14,870 nucleotides of DNA from Octopus sinensis (lineage: Eukaryota): the NCBI RefSeq assembly GCF_006345805.1, contig NW_021825725.1:1-14870 (forward strand), given 5' to 3'. Shown here in pieces: positions 1-9,384 of the stretch. Within the stretch, counting starts at the first letter, position 1; each line of letters opens with the position of its first letter. The notes under the pieces are model-generated. The model saw nothing but the letters and a program-made list of their open reading frames with translations, did no database searches and was not told the DNA's origin. A program made the translations under genes and the position numbers.

Positions 1-610
1 ATTACCTGCAGTGTGTGTATTAATGTATGTATGTATATAGTAATGTATATATATATACTATATATATATACTATATATATAATGCATAAACATAATATAC
101 AATATCTAAAACCTATATATATTTATACCGTTACTATATATAATTATATGTACATCTACGATTTTCATATTTAGACATTCATACATATATGTATACTAAA
201 TATATGAGAATTACTCTCTCACTCACTCCCTCTCTGTATACACATTGTATGCATCACATTTTATATAGATTAATACATATGTATGCCTGTATATATATTA
301 TATATATATATATATAGATACTATATATATAATATAGATATATATAATATGTATATATATAATATATATATAGATATGTATAATTATATATATAATATCT
401 ATATATATATATATTATGTGTGTGTGTGTGTTTATATACATTATACATAAATACATATATATGCATATATGGGATGTATACATACAAACGTATATGTGTA
501 TATATATATATATTTAAATGTATACGTATGTATACGTGTCTCTACACACACGCACGCGCACTTACACACACGCACTCAAACACACACATATACACTCGCA
601 CACACATATA
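1..610. repeat. Degenerate (TA)n-rich low-complexity region with (TG)n and (CA)n patches
   Basis: TA alternation at about 20-110 and 290-415, TG at 418-430, CA-rich at 545-610. The I/Y/H/T-rich ORFs here are artefacts. Confidence 0.9.
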
Positions 611-799
611 AACATTAGCGTTTGATTGATCACCAAGATATGAAATAGAAAGAACAAACATGATTTAAAAGTGTTTAAAATAGATTTTTCAGATAAAAAT
701 TATGTTGACCTTTATTTTGAGCAGGAAATATTTTAAACTTTAAACTTTCGATACTGAAATATTGTAATGGGCTAGTTTTTATGGTTTTCAACTTTCCCA

Positions 800-803
<4 letters not shown>

Positions 804-866
<63 letters not shown>

Positions 867-962
867 TTATCTATATACCCAATATATATATGTTTTAATC
901 TGTACGTATACATGTATATGTTTACACACACACACACACATATATATAGTATATATATATAT
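804..962. repeat. (TA)n microsatellite (804-861) plus compound (CA)n(TA)n (922-962)
   Basis: Direct reading of the sequence. Confidence 0.95.
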
Positions 963-1503
963 GTAGCAGTTCTTCAGATTTGACCCCTGATTCCGTCCTC
1001 TTTGTCTACCTTATTTCTTTTTCAAGATTTTCTCTCTGGTTTTCAGTAACATTTACATCATCAATTTGCTGTGTGCAAACATGGCTGTCTGGTTACGGTG
1101 TCATTATATTCGTGTATTTTCATACGTATACACACCTTGTATACATTCACTTGCTTTCTCCCCCAAAATATGATGTTCTTAGCTTAGATTTTGGTGGTCA
1201 GCCAGATTTGAAGGGTCTCAAGTTTAACTAATTTGGTAACTTAACTCATGAGTGGAGGTTGGGAATGACTTGTCCTTGTTTTTGCCTGTTCGTATTAGCA
1301 TCGTCTGTCTAGCTGAATGTTTTATTGTCGGCTGTTACGTTCTTGTTCCATTTTTTGATTATATATACACATAGCGTCGTACGTACACTTTTGCTCACAT
1401 TCTAAATATATAAGTGTGGGTGTGTAGGTGTATATATATATAAATATATATATGTATGTGCATATATACTCGTGGGTTGCGATGGTTGTGATTGTGTGCT
1501 GTT

Positions 1504-1879
1504 AGCGAGGAGTGGCTGTGTGGTAAATAGCTCGCTTACCAACCACATGGTTGGCACCTTGGGCAACTGTCTTCTACTATAGCCTGGGCCGACCAAAGCA
1601 TTGTGAGTGAATTTGGTAGACGGAAACTGAAAGAAGTCCGTCGTATATATGTATGTATATATGTATGTATATATTTGTGTGTATGTGTTTGTGCCCCCAT
1701 CGTCGCTTGACAACCGATACTGATGTGTTTAATTTCCTGAAATTTAGCGGTTCGGCTAAAGAGTCCAATAGAATATATGTACTAGGCTTCCAAAGAATAA
1801 GTCCAGGGCCGATTTACTCGACTAAAGGCGGTGCTACAGTATGGCTGCAGTCAAATTACTGAAACAAGTAAGAGTAAGT
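1504..1879 (+). mobile_element. tRNA-derived SINE, here called family A (octopus OR/OK-like); near full length with the B box deleted
   Basis: Matches the copies at 10860 and 13965: head GAGTGGCTGTGTGGTAA, CCTTGGGCAA motif, internal TA/TG microsatellite, AAGTAAGAGT tail. Lacks the 21 nt CCGGGTTCAGTCCCACTGCGT present in the other copies. Confidence 0.9.
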
Positions 1880-2088
1880 GTTCCCGTATGCATGACAAAT
1901 TCATACAAGAGCTTCTTGGTAAATTCTGCAGTGTTGTAGGTTCTAACGCAACGTCAAATGTTAAGTGGTTATAAATACTACTCATTTGGCGTGCATATTA
2001 ATACTGCTTCTGAGGAACGAATTATATATGCCTTTGTATGTACGCTTCAGAGTATGCGTGTGTGTGCGTTTGCTTGTGCATGTCTGTG

Positions 2089-2091
<3 letters not shown>

Positions 2092-2136
<45 letters not shown>
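2092..2136. repeat. (TA)n microsatellite
   Basis: Near-perfect TA run. Confidence 0.95.
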
Positions 2137-2140
<4 letters not shown>

Positions 2141-2350
2141 AGATAGGGGTTGAAAATTCCACCCACCATGGGATATAATTACATATATATTTTATATTTT
2201 ATATTTCTATTTCCTTGTCTATTTATATTTACAATATTTTTGTATAATGCCTTTACAGTTATGTAATGGTGTAATAAAGTATTGATTGGGTATCATCTGA
2301 TGGTTGATGTTTTATTGATTTAAGTATGTTTCTCCATTTTCTAATTTTGT

Positions 2351-2351
2351 A

Positions 2352-2401
<50 letters not shown>

Positions 2402-2427
2402 CATAGCATATATATAATATATATATA
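2351..2427. repeat. (TA)n microsatellite flanking the hammerhead-bearing element
   Basis: Direct reading. Confidence 0.95.
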
Positions 2428-2637
2428 GTTAATCCAAACATGAAAACACAATGAGAAAACAGAACAACAGGCGGACGTGGAACAAGTATATTATTGGATG
2501 CTCAGGAAGGAAGGGAAGAAGGAGGGCTTAAAGTTTCGAGCGGAGCTCTTCGTCAGAAACATAGGAAAAGGAAAGATCCAGAAAAGGGAAGACGGAGGAA
2601 AAAAATTGGCAACGGTACACACGCGGTCACATTTTGA

Positions 2638-2639
<2 letters not shown>
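2428..2639 (-). mobile_element. About 212-bp element with a minimal hammerhead core; probable Penelope-like element pLTR or non-autonomous derivative
   Basis: Bounded by (TA)n and (CA)n/(TA)n tracts and contains a hammerhead core at 2526-2560. PLE terminal repeats are known to carry minimal type-I hammerheads. No RT or GIY-YIG coding sequence seen. Confidence 0.6.
2526..2560 (-). ncRNA. Minimal type-I hammerhead ribozyme motif, stem III possibly mutated
   Basis: Minus strand reads GTTT-CTGACGA-A-GAGC-TCC-GCTC-GAA-ACTT-T-AAGC: stem I GTTT/AAGC (4 bp, one G.U), core CUGANGA plus an extra A, stem II GAGC/GCTC, then GAAAC. ACTT stands where a palindromic ACGT is expected. Confidence 0.65.
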
Positions 2640-2674
<35 letters not shown>

Positions 2675-2729
2675 CATACATATATATATATATATATGTA
2701 TGTATATATATATATATATATATATATAA
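2638..2729. repeat. Compound (CA)n(TA)n microsatellite
   Basis: Direct reading. Confidence 0.95.
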
Positions 2730-3504
2730 TAACACGAAATCCCTGATCTTCGCAAAGTATTTTCTCAGATAGGTCACCAGCGATCCTTAAACATCCTCAT
2801 CTCAGTTAAGAAAACAATGAACCATTAAAGTATAATTTGAGGGAGACTTGACTGCTATTTCTCTTATGGCAATTTGCAATTTATACGATGATCGCAGAGG
2901 CTTTAGGAACGGTTCAATAGTTTCTAGTTTTCCCGTATTTCACAAAAGATATACCAGAGTTTAAAAAAAGATGGTGATTTGGCTGCTTTTTCTAACCAGC
3001 CGTCTAATCCATGGGAACGAGTAAGACAACCTTAATTTGCTATCGAAGCTTTCTCAGCATTTCACAAAGCACCACTATCGCTCTTCCTCACTTACATTTG
3101 TTTGCCAACACCTGTAAGCTTTATATTACAACCTGTTCCGTTAATCTCGTATATTAAACGAAATAACTTGTAGTTATGACGAGATGTAACGTCCAATACA
3201 GCAGAGCTTCATTCGGAGATTTATGCCTTTTCCACTCCCAAAGCCGGAAGCTTAGCAATCCTTTACAAAACACAATAAAAACTGGCATCTTCTTAAGAAT
3301 GGTAAGAATTTATCAGAGGAGGACGGCTATATATTGTAGATTTATATGCAAACATATTGCAGAGGAATGGAATAGGATAATGCTTCAAATTCGTACCGAC
3401 TGAGATAAATGTATAGAGTTGTATGAGTTTATAACACAGTTCTTGTATAATATATCGATATGTGTGCCAAGCATGTTTGCATTTATGAGTGTATGCGTAT
3501 GGAT

Positions 3505-3636
3505 GAATGTGTGTGTATATGTATGTGCGCGTGTGTGTATATGTGTTTTGCGCGTGTGTGTGTGTGTGTGTGTGTTGTGAGTTTGCCTCTCTGTGTGTGT
3601 GTGTGTGCGTTTGTGTGTGTGTGTGTGTGTGTGCAC
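3505..3636. repeat. Interrupted (TG)n microsatellite
   Basis: Direct reading; source of the C/V and H/T ORFs. Confidence 0.9.
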
Positions 3637-3945
3637 ACGTGCTATTCGAAGGTTTGCTCATAAATTTTGTTGCTTTTTCAAAATGCTGCCAGCTAATGTA
3701 CGCATACCATTCATTACAAACTCACACAGGAAGAAGCACAGTACGCACACACACACATACACACACATACACATACATGTCGTTTCACACATAAACAAAC
3801 CAGAACATATGTGTGCACATATTTATATAAATACACGTACGAATCACGAACAAAATAGAATCCGATTACGGACAATCAAAAGAAGACCAATATCAAGGGA
3901 ACTATATTCATTGCATGCTCGCAAAGTTTCATCAGTACAATCCAA

Positions 3946-3982
<37 letters not shown>

Positions 3983-4040
3983 TACACATACATATATCTA
4001 TCTATCTATCTATCTAACTATATATATATATATATACATA
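3946..4040. repeat. Compound (CA)n-(TCTA)n-(TA)n microsatellite
   Basis: Direct reading. Confidence 0.9.
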
Positions 4041-4093
4041 AATATATGCATGTGTATCTATGCATGTGTCTATGTATAGTGATATTTATCTGC

Positions 4094-4588
4094 ATACATA
4101 CTTGCACACATACATACATACATACATACACATATATACATACATACATAAACATACATACATACATACATACATCCATACATACATACATACACATATA
4201 TACATACATACATACATACACATACATACATACATACATACATACATACATTCATACATTCATACATACATACATACATACATGCATGCATACATACATA
4301 CATACATACATCATACATACATTCATACATCATACATACATACATCATACATCATACATACATACTGCATACATACATACACATCATTCATACATACATA
4401 CATTCATACATACATACATAATACATTCTACATATTCATACATACATACATACATCATACATACATACATACATACATACATGCATAATACACATACATA
4501 CATACATACATGCATACATACATACACTACATACATACATACATAACATACATACATACACATACATACATACATACATACATCATAC

Positions 4589-4619
<31 letters not shown>

Positions 4620-4670
4620 CGTACATACATACATACATACACAAACATACATCCTACATACATACATACA

Positions 4671-4700
<30 letters not shown>
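4094..4700. repeat. Long degenerate (CATA)n tetranucleotide array, about 600 bp
   Basis: CATA reiteration with CAT-type slips; explains the 317-aa HTYI ORF and the MYVC ORFs. Confidence 0.95.
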
Positions 4701-4701
<1 letters not shown>

Positions 4702-5070
4702 GAAAGATTTCATTGTATCTGCTATGTGTATCTAAGTATACGATCAATTTATTTTTATTAATCCATGGCGGAGAAGAGCAACCGACCTCGTGTTTGAGGA
4801 AAATATTTAAACTTCTAGTGGACCGATATTAAAATAAATAGTTATACAGTTTTATATCTCAGTTCTTTAGTATATTCCCTACATATTCCAACTGCTTTTC
4901 TGAGACTGTTTTATCAAAGCTTGTTACGTACTATTACAATAAAATAGTAGCAGATCGGTATACGATTGAATAGAAGTCATTTTCTTTCTAATAATGGCAG
5001 CTTTTTCTATTATAAAATGATATCGTTATACTCCAGGTGAAATACGAAAGATGATATACTTTATGTTATC

Positions 5071-6058
5071 ATATCTCATTTGGTAAGTTGCTGTGAGAGC
5101 ATTTCCCAAAGATGATAGAATGGGCGCCATTATAAAGTCCGTACCTTCACTGGCTTTTATGTCGTTACTACCTATTCTTTACTACCCACAAGGGGCTAAA
5201 CACAGAGGACAAACAAGGACAGACAAACGGATTAAGTCGATTATATCGACCGCAGTGCGTAACTGGTACTTATTTAATCGACCACGAATGGATGAAAGGC
5301 AAAGTTGACCTCGGCGGAATTTGAACTCAGAACGTAACGGTAGACGAAATACCTATTTCTTTACTACCCACAAGGGGCTAAACACAGAGAGGACACACAA
5401 GGACAGACAAACGGATTAAGTCGATTATATCGACCCCAGTGCGTAACTGGTACTTATTTAATCGACCCCTAAAGGATGAAAGGCAAGTCAACCTCGGCGG
5501 AATTCGAACTCATAACGTAGCTGCAGACGAAACACCGCTAAGCATTTCGCCCGGCGTGCTAACGTTTCTGCCAGCTCACCGCCTTATGGCGTTATTACCA
5601 ATACGAAGTAAAGGAAGAATTGTTACGAGCATGTACCTAGTAACGTAGGAGAATGGCAATGGAACGACGTACTGTGATTACGAATTTCTGAGAGCAATTG
5701 AACCATGCAGACCGGACATACTCGTTTTGAAGAAGAAGACAAATTCTGGGAGAGTACTGACATGAATTTCGTGATTTGAGAGATGAATATATCATCAAAT
5801 ACTCCTAATTGAAACTGAGATGACAAAACTGTATGGAACGTGCGACGGCCATTTATAAGGATTCCAGTTAGTGACCACGTCATCGCAGACATAAAGTGGT
5901 TGTGAATGCAGCGCAAGATCGATGTCATACAAAATATTAGACTTCCTAGTTACTGCGCCATCTTTAAGGGGAGTCTTATCTGTCTCCATGTCCTTGTTGT
6001 GACCTGACAGATGAAAAAATACTCCAACACGTTTCCCATCTGAACTGCGTGAAAAGTA
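5071..6058 (+). mobile_element. 3' fragment of an R4/Dong-clade non-LTR retrotransposon (end of CCHC knuckle, restriction-like endonuclease, 3' UTR); decayed and interrupted by a SINE
   Basis: Translation across frameshifts gives ISHLVSCC (5071-5094), RHxKV..YLHWLLCRYY, CYEHVPSNV, VL(W)DYEF..IEPCRPDILVLKKK (RPDI at 5709-5720), KYSxLK.EMTKLYG and LVTAPSLRGVLSV (to about 5984). This is the motif order of the R4-clade C-terminus (H-x4-C, RHD, HW, WYEH, LWD, RPDI, KY, LLGTAxILRxVL). Confidence 0.85.
5169..5585 (-). mobile_element. tRNA-derived SINE family B: head plus two tandem about 183-bp units, inserted into the LINE with a target-site duplication
   Basis: A box TGGCAGAAACGTTAG (5559-5573), B boxes at 5499-5511 and 5316-5328, unit period 182-184 bp. 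Flanks TTATGTCGTTACTACC (5157-5172) and TTATGGCGTTATTACC (5584-5599) match 14/16. Confidence 0.9.
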
Positions 6059-6122
6059 TTATTGTTATTATTATTTTGGCTTTTTACCAATATTTGAAAG
6101 AATCGTTATATTATTATTATTG
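6059..6122 (+). repeat. ATT-rich junction containing a remnant of the SINE-B 3' tail
   Basis: GGCTTTTTACCAATATTTGAAAGAAT resembles the family-B tail GGCCTTGTGCCAATATTAGAAAGAAT (8787-8812) and lies between short (ATT)n runs. Confidence 0.5.
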
Positions 6123-6124
6123 AT

Positions 6125-7970
6125 ATTATATGGAAATTCCTCCTGATAAATACTTCCACATTAACGGGAGGCAAGAAATTGAACTGTAATTGTCAGCCGC
6201 ATTTCCCTTTGCTGCATCTTCAGACGCAACACCGTTCAACCTTTTGTCAAAAAACCTGCGATTTCTTTTCCATTGATTAATACATTTATTGCTCTGCGAT
6301 CAATTTATGGCAACTACTAAACTTTTTTTATCCGAAATCCCTGCACACAGTCAGGACCTGCCGCTTTCCAGTTGCTTATTTCTTTACTCATATTTCTGAT
6401 ACTGTCTTCTGTGAAATGGATAGCCTCTTTCTTGGGATAAGATGTTTGCTTCAGGCTATAAAGCCATTCAGCTGGCTGTAGTATTATGCTGTTCTTGTTT
6501 ACTCCATATCTTATACCGGGAAATTCGACTTTCATCAGCATCTTTCACGTTTATTATCATCATTAATCTCTTGATAAAATCCTTTTTGGTCGGTTCTAAA
6601 CAATTTGCTTTGCCGGTATTGCTTAATCCGTTGTTCAAACCCAGTTAGCGTTGCTTTCCTTTGCAAGTACACGCTGCTTCAGATATTCAATTACAACATT
6701 CAGCCATTTTGTATCTACGCCATACTTCTTCCTAACTTTTTCTAATTTTCATTCGTTCTTAAGTTTTCTTTTTTCCTGACAAGAATTGACACTGCGCTGA
6801 TCAAGGAGTTTTTAATCTTCTGAAATTTTCCTTTTCCACCAAGGTTGTTTATTTCCTCTTCTATCCGTCGCTGTTCTGTTCTCAGTAGTTCTCAATCTCA
6901 TCCTTTCCGCCATAATCCTACCAGCAGCCTTGATAATATTATCTGTTTGTGCGATGTTCTTTCTTCCAATGTGTCTCAATACATTATTGACTTTACTCGT
7001 CTCTTGATTTAGCATCGATCGGTTAACCTTCTTAAAGCCTTATATAAATTCTGTTCCTTCAGCAGATCCAAAATCCTGTCTATCACTAATCGATCTTCAT
7101 TGCTTGACTAGTCACTAATCTCAATTATTTCCTAATTCAGGGTAGTATATTCTTACGAACAATTGTCCATCTCTTACACTATACCTCTTTCGCTTCTCGC
7201 ATGCCCAACATCACCCGATATCTTTGTCTTAATAGATTCTAGCTCCGATTCTGTTAACTATCCATTCTTCCGTATTACTCTTGCTTGGTCACACAATTCC
7301 TTTTCAGTAATTTCAAACAGATTCATTGCCTTCCATTCGCTGTGCATTTGTTTTCTGTATCCTTTGACAGGCATGTTATTTGCACCTACTGGTGTTCTCC
7401 GGTGGTAACGCTCCATAACCATCCTGTTTACTTGTTTACTCCACTTATGTTTTGTAGCATGGAATACGACCGGACTTACTCTGATGTACGGTGGGGCCCC
7501 TGCTGTGTGCAATATATTCACCATTGGTTATAGCCCCGTTCACTCTGTTATCGTCAACGATTTTGCCTGGCATTTTCACTCACAAATATGGTGTTTATTT
7601 AGGTTACTACCAACCGGTATTTTTATCGAGACACCATCTCTATCAAAGTTGTCCGCCAAGGCGACAGAGCCCTTGCTCCCCTGGTTTAGAACACAGTCTG
7701 TTGCTTCTCCTCGGTTGCTCACCATCCTAGTCTAACGAGTACAGCCTACCGGGAACGCTGGGTATTTGAAGGCGTCAGATACTCGCCTTTTCCCATTCTT
7801 CTCCTGTTGGTTTGGCGAAAGAGTCGGGTTTGACTGTCAGCGGATACGTATTGCCCAGGCCATTGACTCCTTTTATAAGTGATGCATGCTTAACTTCCCA
7901 CCACACTCTGGCATTGTCATTATTACTATGGCAGGTTTTGTTGGAACTCCTTGAGGCTTGCATGCGTAAT
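6125..7970 (-). mobile_element. 5' part of an R4/Dong-clade non-LTR retrotransposon (5' UTR, N-terminal domain, RT domains 0-1); pseudogenised and truncated at its 3' end
   Basis: Probable ATG at 7573. Motifs across frameshifts: KWSKQVNRMVME, GYRKQM..W..EIT..LCDQARVIRKNG, KQPWWKRKI, LKQRVLAK, EQRIKQYRQSKLFRTDQKGFYQEI, NWKAAGPDCVQGFRIKK, KDAAKGNAADNYSSISCLPLMWK (to 6153). Many stops and frameshifts; the RT core (YxDD region) is absent. The 5' boundary is approximate. Confidence 0.9.
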
Positions 7971-8017
7971 AGATAGCCAGGGACAATATGACTTATTGTT
8001 TCTTGTCCATCTCCACA

Positions 8018-8020
<3 letters not shown>
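7971..8020 (-). mobile_element. About 50-bp CCHC zinc-knuckle fragment from another R4/Dong copy
   Basis: Minus strand ATATGTGGAGATGGACAAGAAACAATAAGTCATATTGTCCCTGGC encodes ICGDGQETISHIVPG, resembling C-x2-C-x7-H-x4-C, and abuts the (AAT)n tract. Confidence 0.6.
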
Positions 8021-8062
<42 letters not shown>

Positions 8063-8084
8063 CATTATTATTATTATTACTATT
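8019..8084. repeat. (ATT)n/(AAT)n microsatellite, about 21 units
   Basis: Direct reading; (TAA)n is the known Dong target sequence. Confidence 0.95.
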
Positions 8085-8202
8085 TGATGCCATTGCAATT
8101 ATTTAAAATTTTCATTTTGCTACTTCTTCTGGCACCGATGTATTAACAAAGTTTTGGGCTTAAATGTTAGGGCTGACAAAGTAAGCAAAAACTCCATCTA
8201 CA

Positions 8203-8301
8203 AATACATACATACATACATACATATATGCATGCATACATACATACATACACACATACATACATATACATACATATACATACCAACACCACACACACCA
8301 C

Positions 8302-8371
<70 letters not shown>

Positions 8372-8387
8372 CATATATATGTATATG
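8203..8387. repeat. Compound (CATA)n-(CA)n-(TA)n microsatellite
   Basis: Direct reading. Confidence 0.95.
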
Positions 8388-8641
8388 TCAGTTGACACGA
8401 GTGTATAACATCTGCTCTCTTTCTAAAGCATTTCTGAAATGATAAATGGATTGTTTATAGCTCTGTGAAGTGGTCTTTCACTATAAGTTATTACTTGTAT
8501 ACTATTAATATAAAATTTATGACACTCTCATTATTATAATATATCTCAAGCTTTCCATTAATTTTTAATGAAAAATATTGGCGAAAGCATGACCATTTTG
8601 TGAATGATCCTTCCATGATAGCTTTGTTTAATCTAACATAA

Positions 8642-8815
8642 AGGATGTGAGATGGCAGATTCGTTAGGACGCCGGGCGAAATGCTCAGCGGTATTTTTTT
8701 ATTTCATCCTTTCCGGGTCCATAAAATGTATACCAATCAAGTATTGGGTTCGATGTTATCGACTATCCCCCTCTTCCAAAATTCAGGCCTTGTGCCAATA
8801 TTAGAAAGAATTACC
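8642..8815 (+). mobile_element. SINE family B copy with an internal deletion of the B-box segment
   Basis: Head ATGGCAGATTCGTTAGGACGCCGGGCGAAATGCTCAGCGGTATTT joins almost directly to TTCATCCTTTCCGGG; TCGA-N5-TCGAC hairpin; tail CCTTGTGCCAATATTAGAAAGAATT. Confidence 0.85.
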
Positions 8816-8825
8816 TAATGTATTA

Positions 8826-9240
8826 TAAGACTGGCCGAACGGAAACGCTGGTAGAATGCATAAGTGACATCTCGTCCGTTTTTTGCTTCTAAGTTCAAAT
8901 TCCGCGGAGAACGACTTATATATACATATATACGTCACCCTTTCGGGATCGATAAAAAAGTACCCATTGAACACTGGTGCTTTCCATCCACATGTTTCCG
9001 GGTTCAGTCTCACTGCGTGGCACCTTGGGCAAGTGTCTTCTACTATAGCCTCGGTCTGACCAAAGCCTTGTGAGTGGATTTGGTAGACAGAAACTGAATG
9101 AATCCCGTTGTATACATATATGTATGTGTGTTTGTGTGTTGGTGTCTCGGTGTTTGTCCCTCCACCATCGCCTGACACCCGATGTAATCGACTTACCCCA
9201 CCCCACCCGAAATTGCTGGGTGTGTGCCAAAATTTCAAAC
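8826..9240 (+). mobile_element. Composite SINE: family B head and body (8826-8978), family A body (8979-9180), family B tail (9180-9240)
   Basis: B box AAGTTCAAATTCC near 8890, then an A-type segment from CCACATGTTTCCGGGTTCAG to CCTGACACC, then B-type CGATGTAATCGACTTACCCC. Confidence 0.8.
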
Positions 9241-9267
9241 CAGTCTAAGGAGGGTAGAGCAAATACG

Positions 9268-9313
9268 ATGTGGTTGGTAAGCAAGCTTCTTACCACACAG
9301 CCACTCCTGCGCC
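9268..9313 (-). mobile_element. Isolated family A SINE head (46 nt)
   Basis: Reverse complement reads GGCGCAGGAGTGGCTGTGTGGTAAGAAGCTTGCTTACCAACCACAT, highly similar to the head at 10860. Confidence 0.9.
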
Positions 9314-9314
9314 C

Positions 9315-9384
9315 TTATATATATATATAATATAATATATATATATATATTATATATATATATATATATATAATATATTATATA

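Noticed and set aside
3000-3301. Several micro-exon candidates (3000-3020 +, 3096-3111 -, 3256-3301 +)
   Set aside because: Weak polypyrimidine tracts and unrecognisable peptides; such matches are expected by chance in AT-rich DNA.
254-4761. Many ORFs rich in I/Y/H/T/C/V, including the 317-aa ORF at 3593-4546
   Set aside because: They are translations of (TA)n, (CA)n and (CATA)n repeats, which lack stop codons in some frames; there is no protein-like complexity.
5037-5082. Apparent 46-nt exon (CTCCAG acceptor, TTG|GTAAGT donor) reading GEIRKMIYFMLSYLI
   Set aside because: The donor lies inside the LINE remnant (TTG GTA AGT = L-V-S of ISHLVS), so it is better explained as TE sequence. Only RNA-seq could rescue it.
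5169-5585. Regularly spaced repeats as a CRISPR-like array
   Set aside because: The units are full tandem duplications with no unique spacers, in a eukaryotic SINE context.
6195-6225. CTGAAGA...GAAA hammerhead-like words on the minus strand
   Set aside because: No stem II pairing, and it lies within LINE RT coding sequence (LKDAAKGN).
8565-8595. TTAATGA...GGCGAAAGC, a possible decayed hammerhead
   Set aside because: The core is mutated and no stems can be formed.
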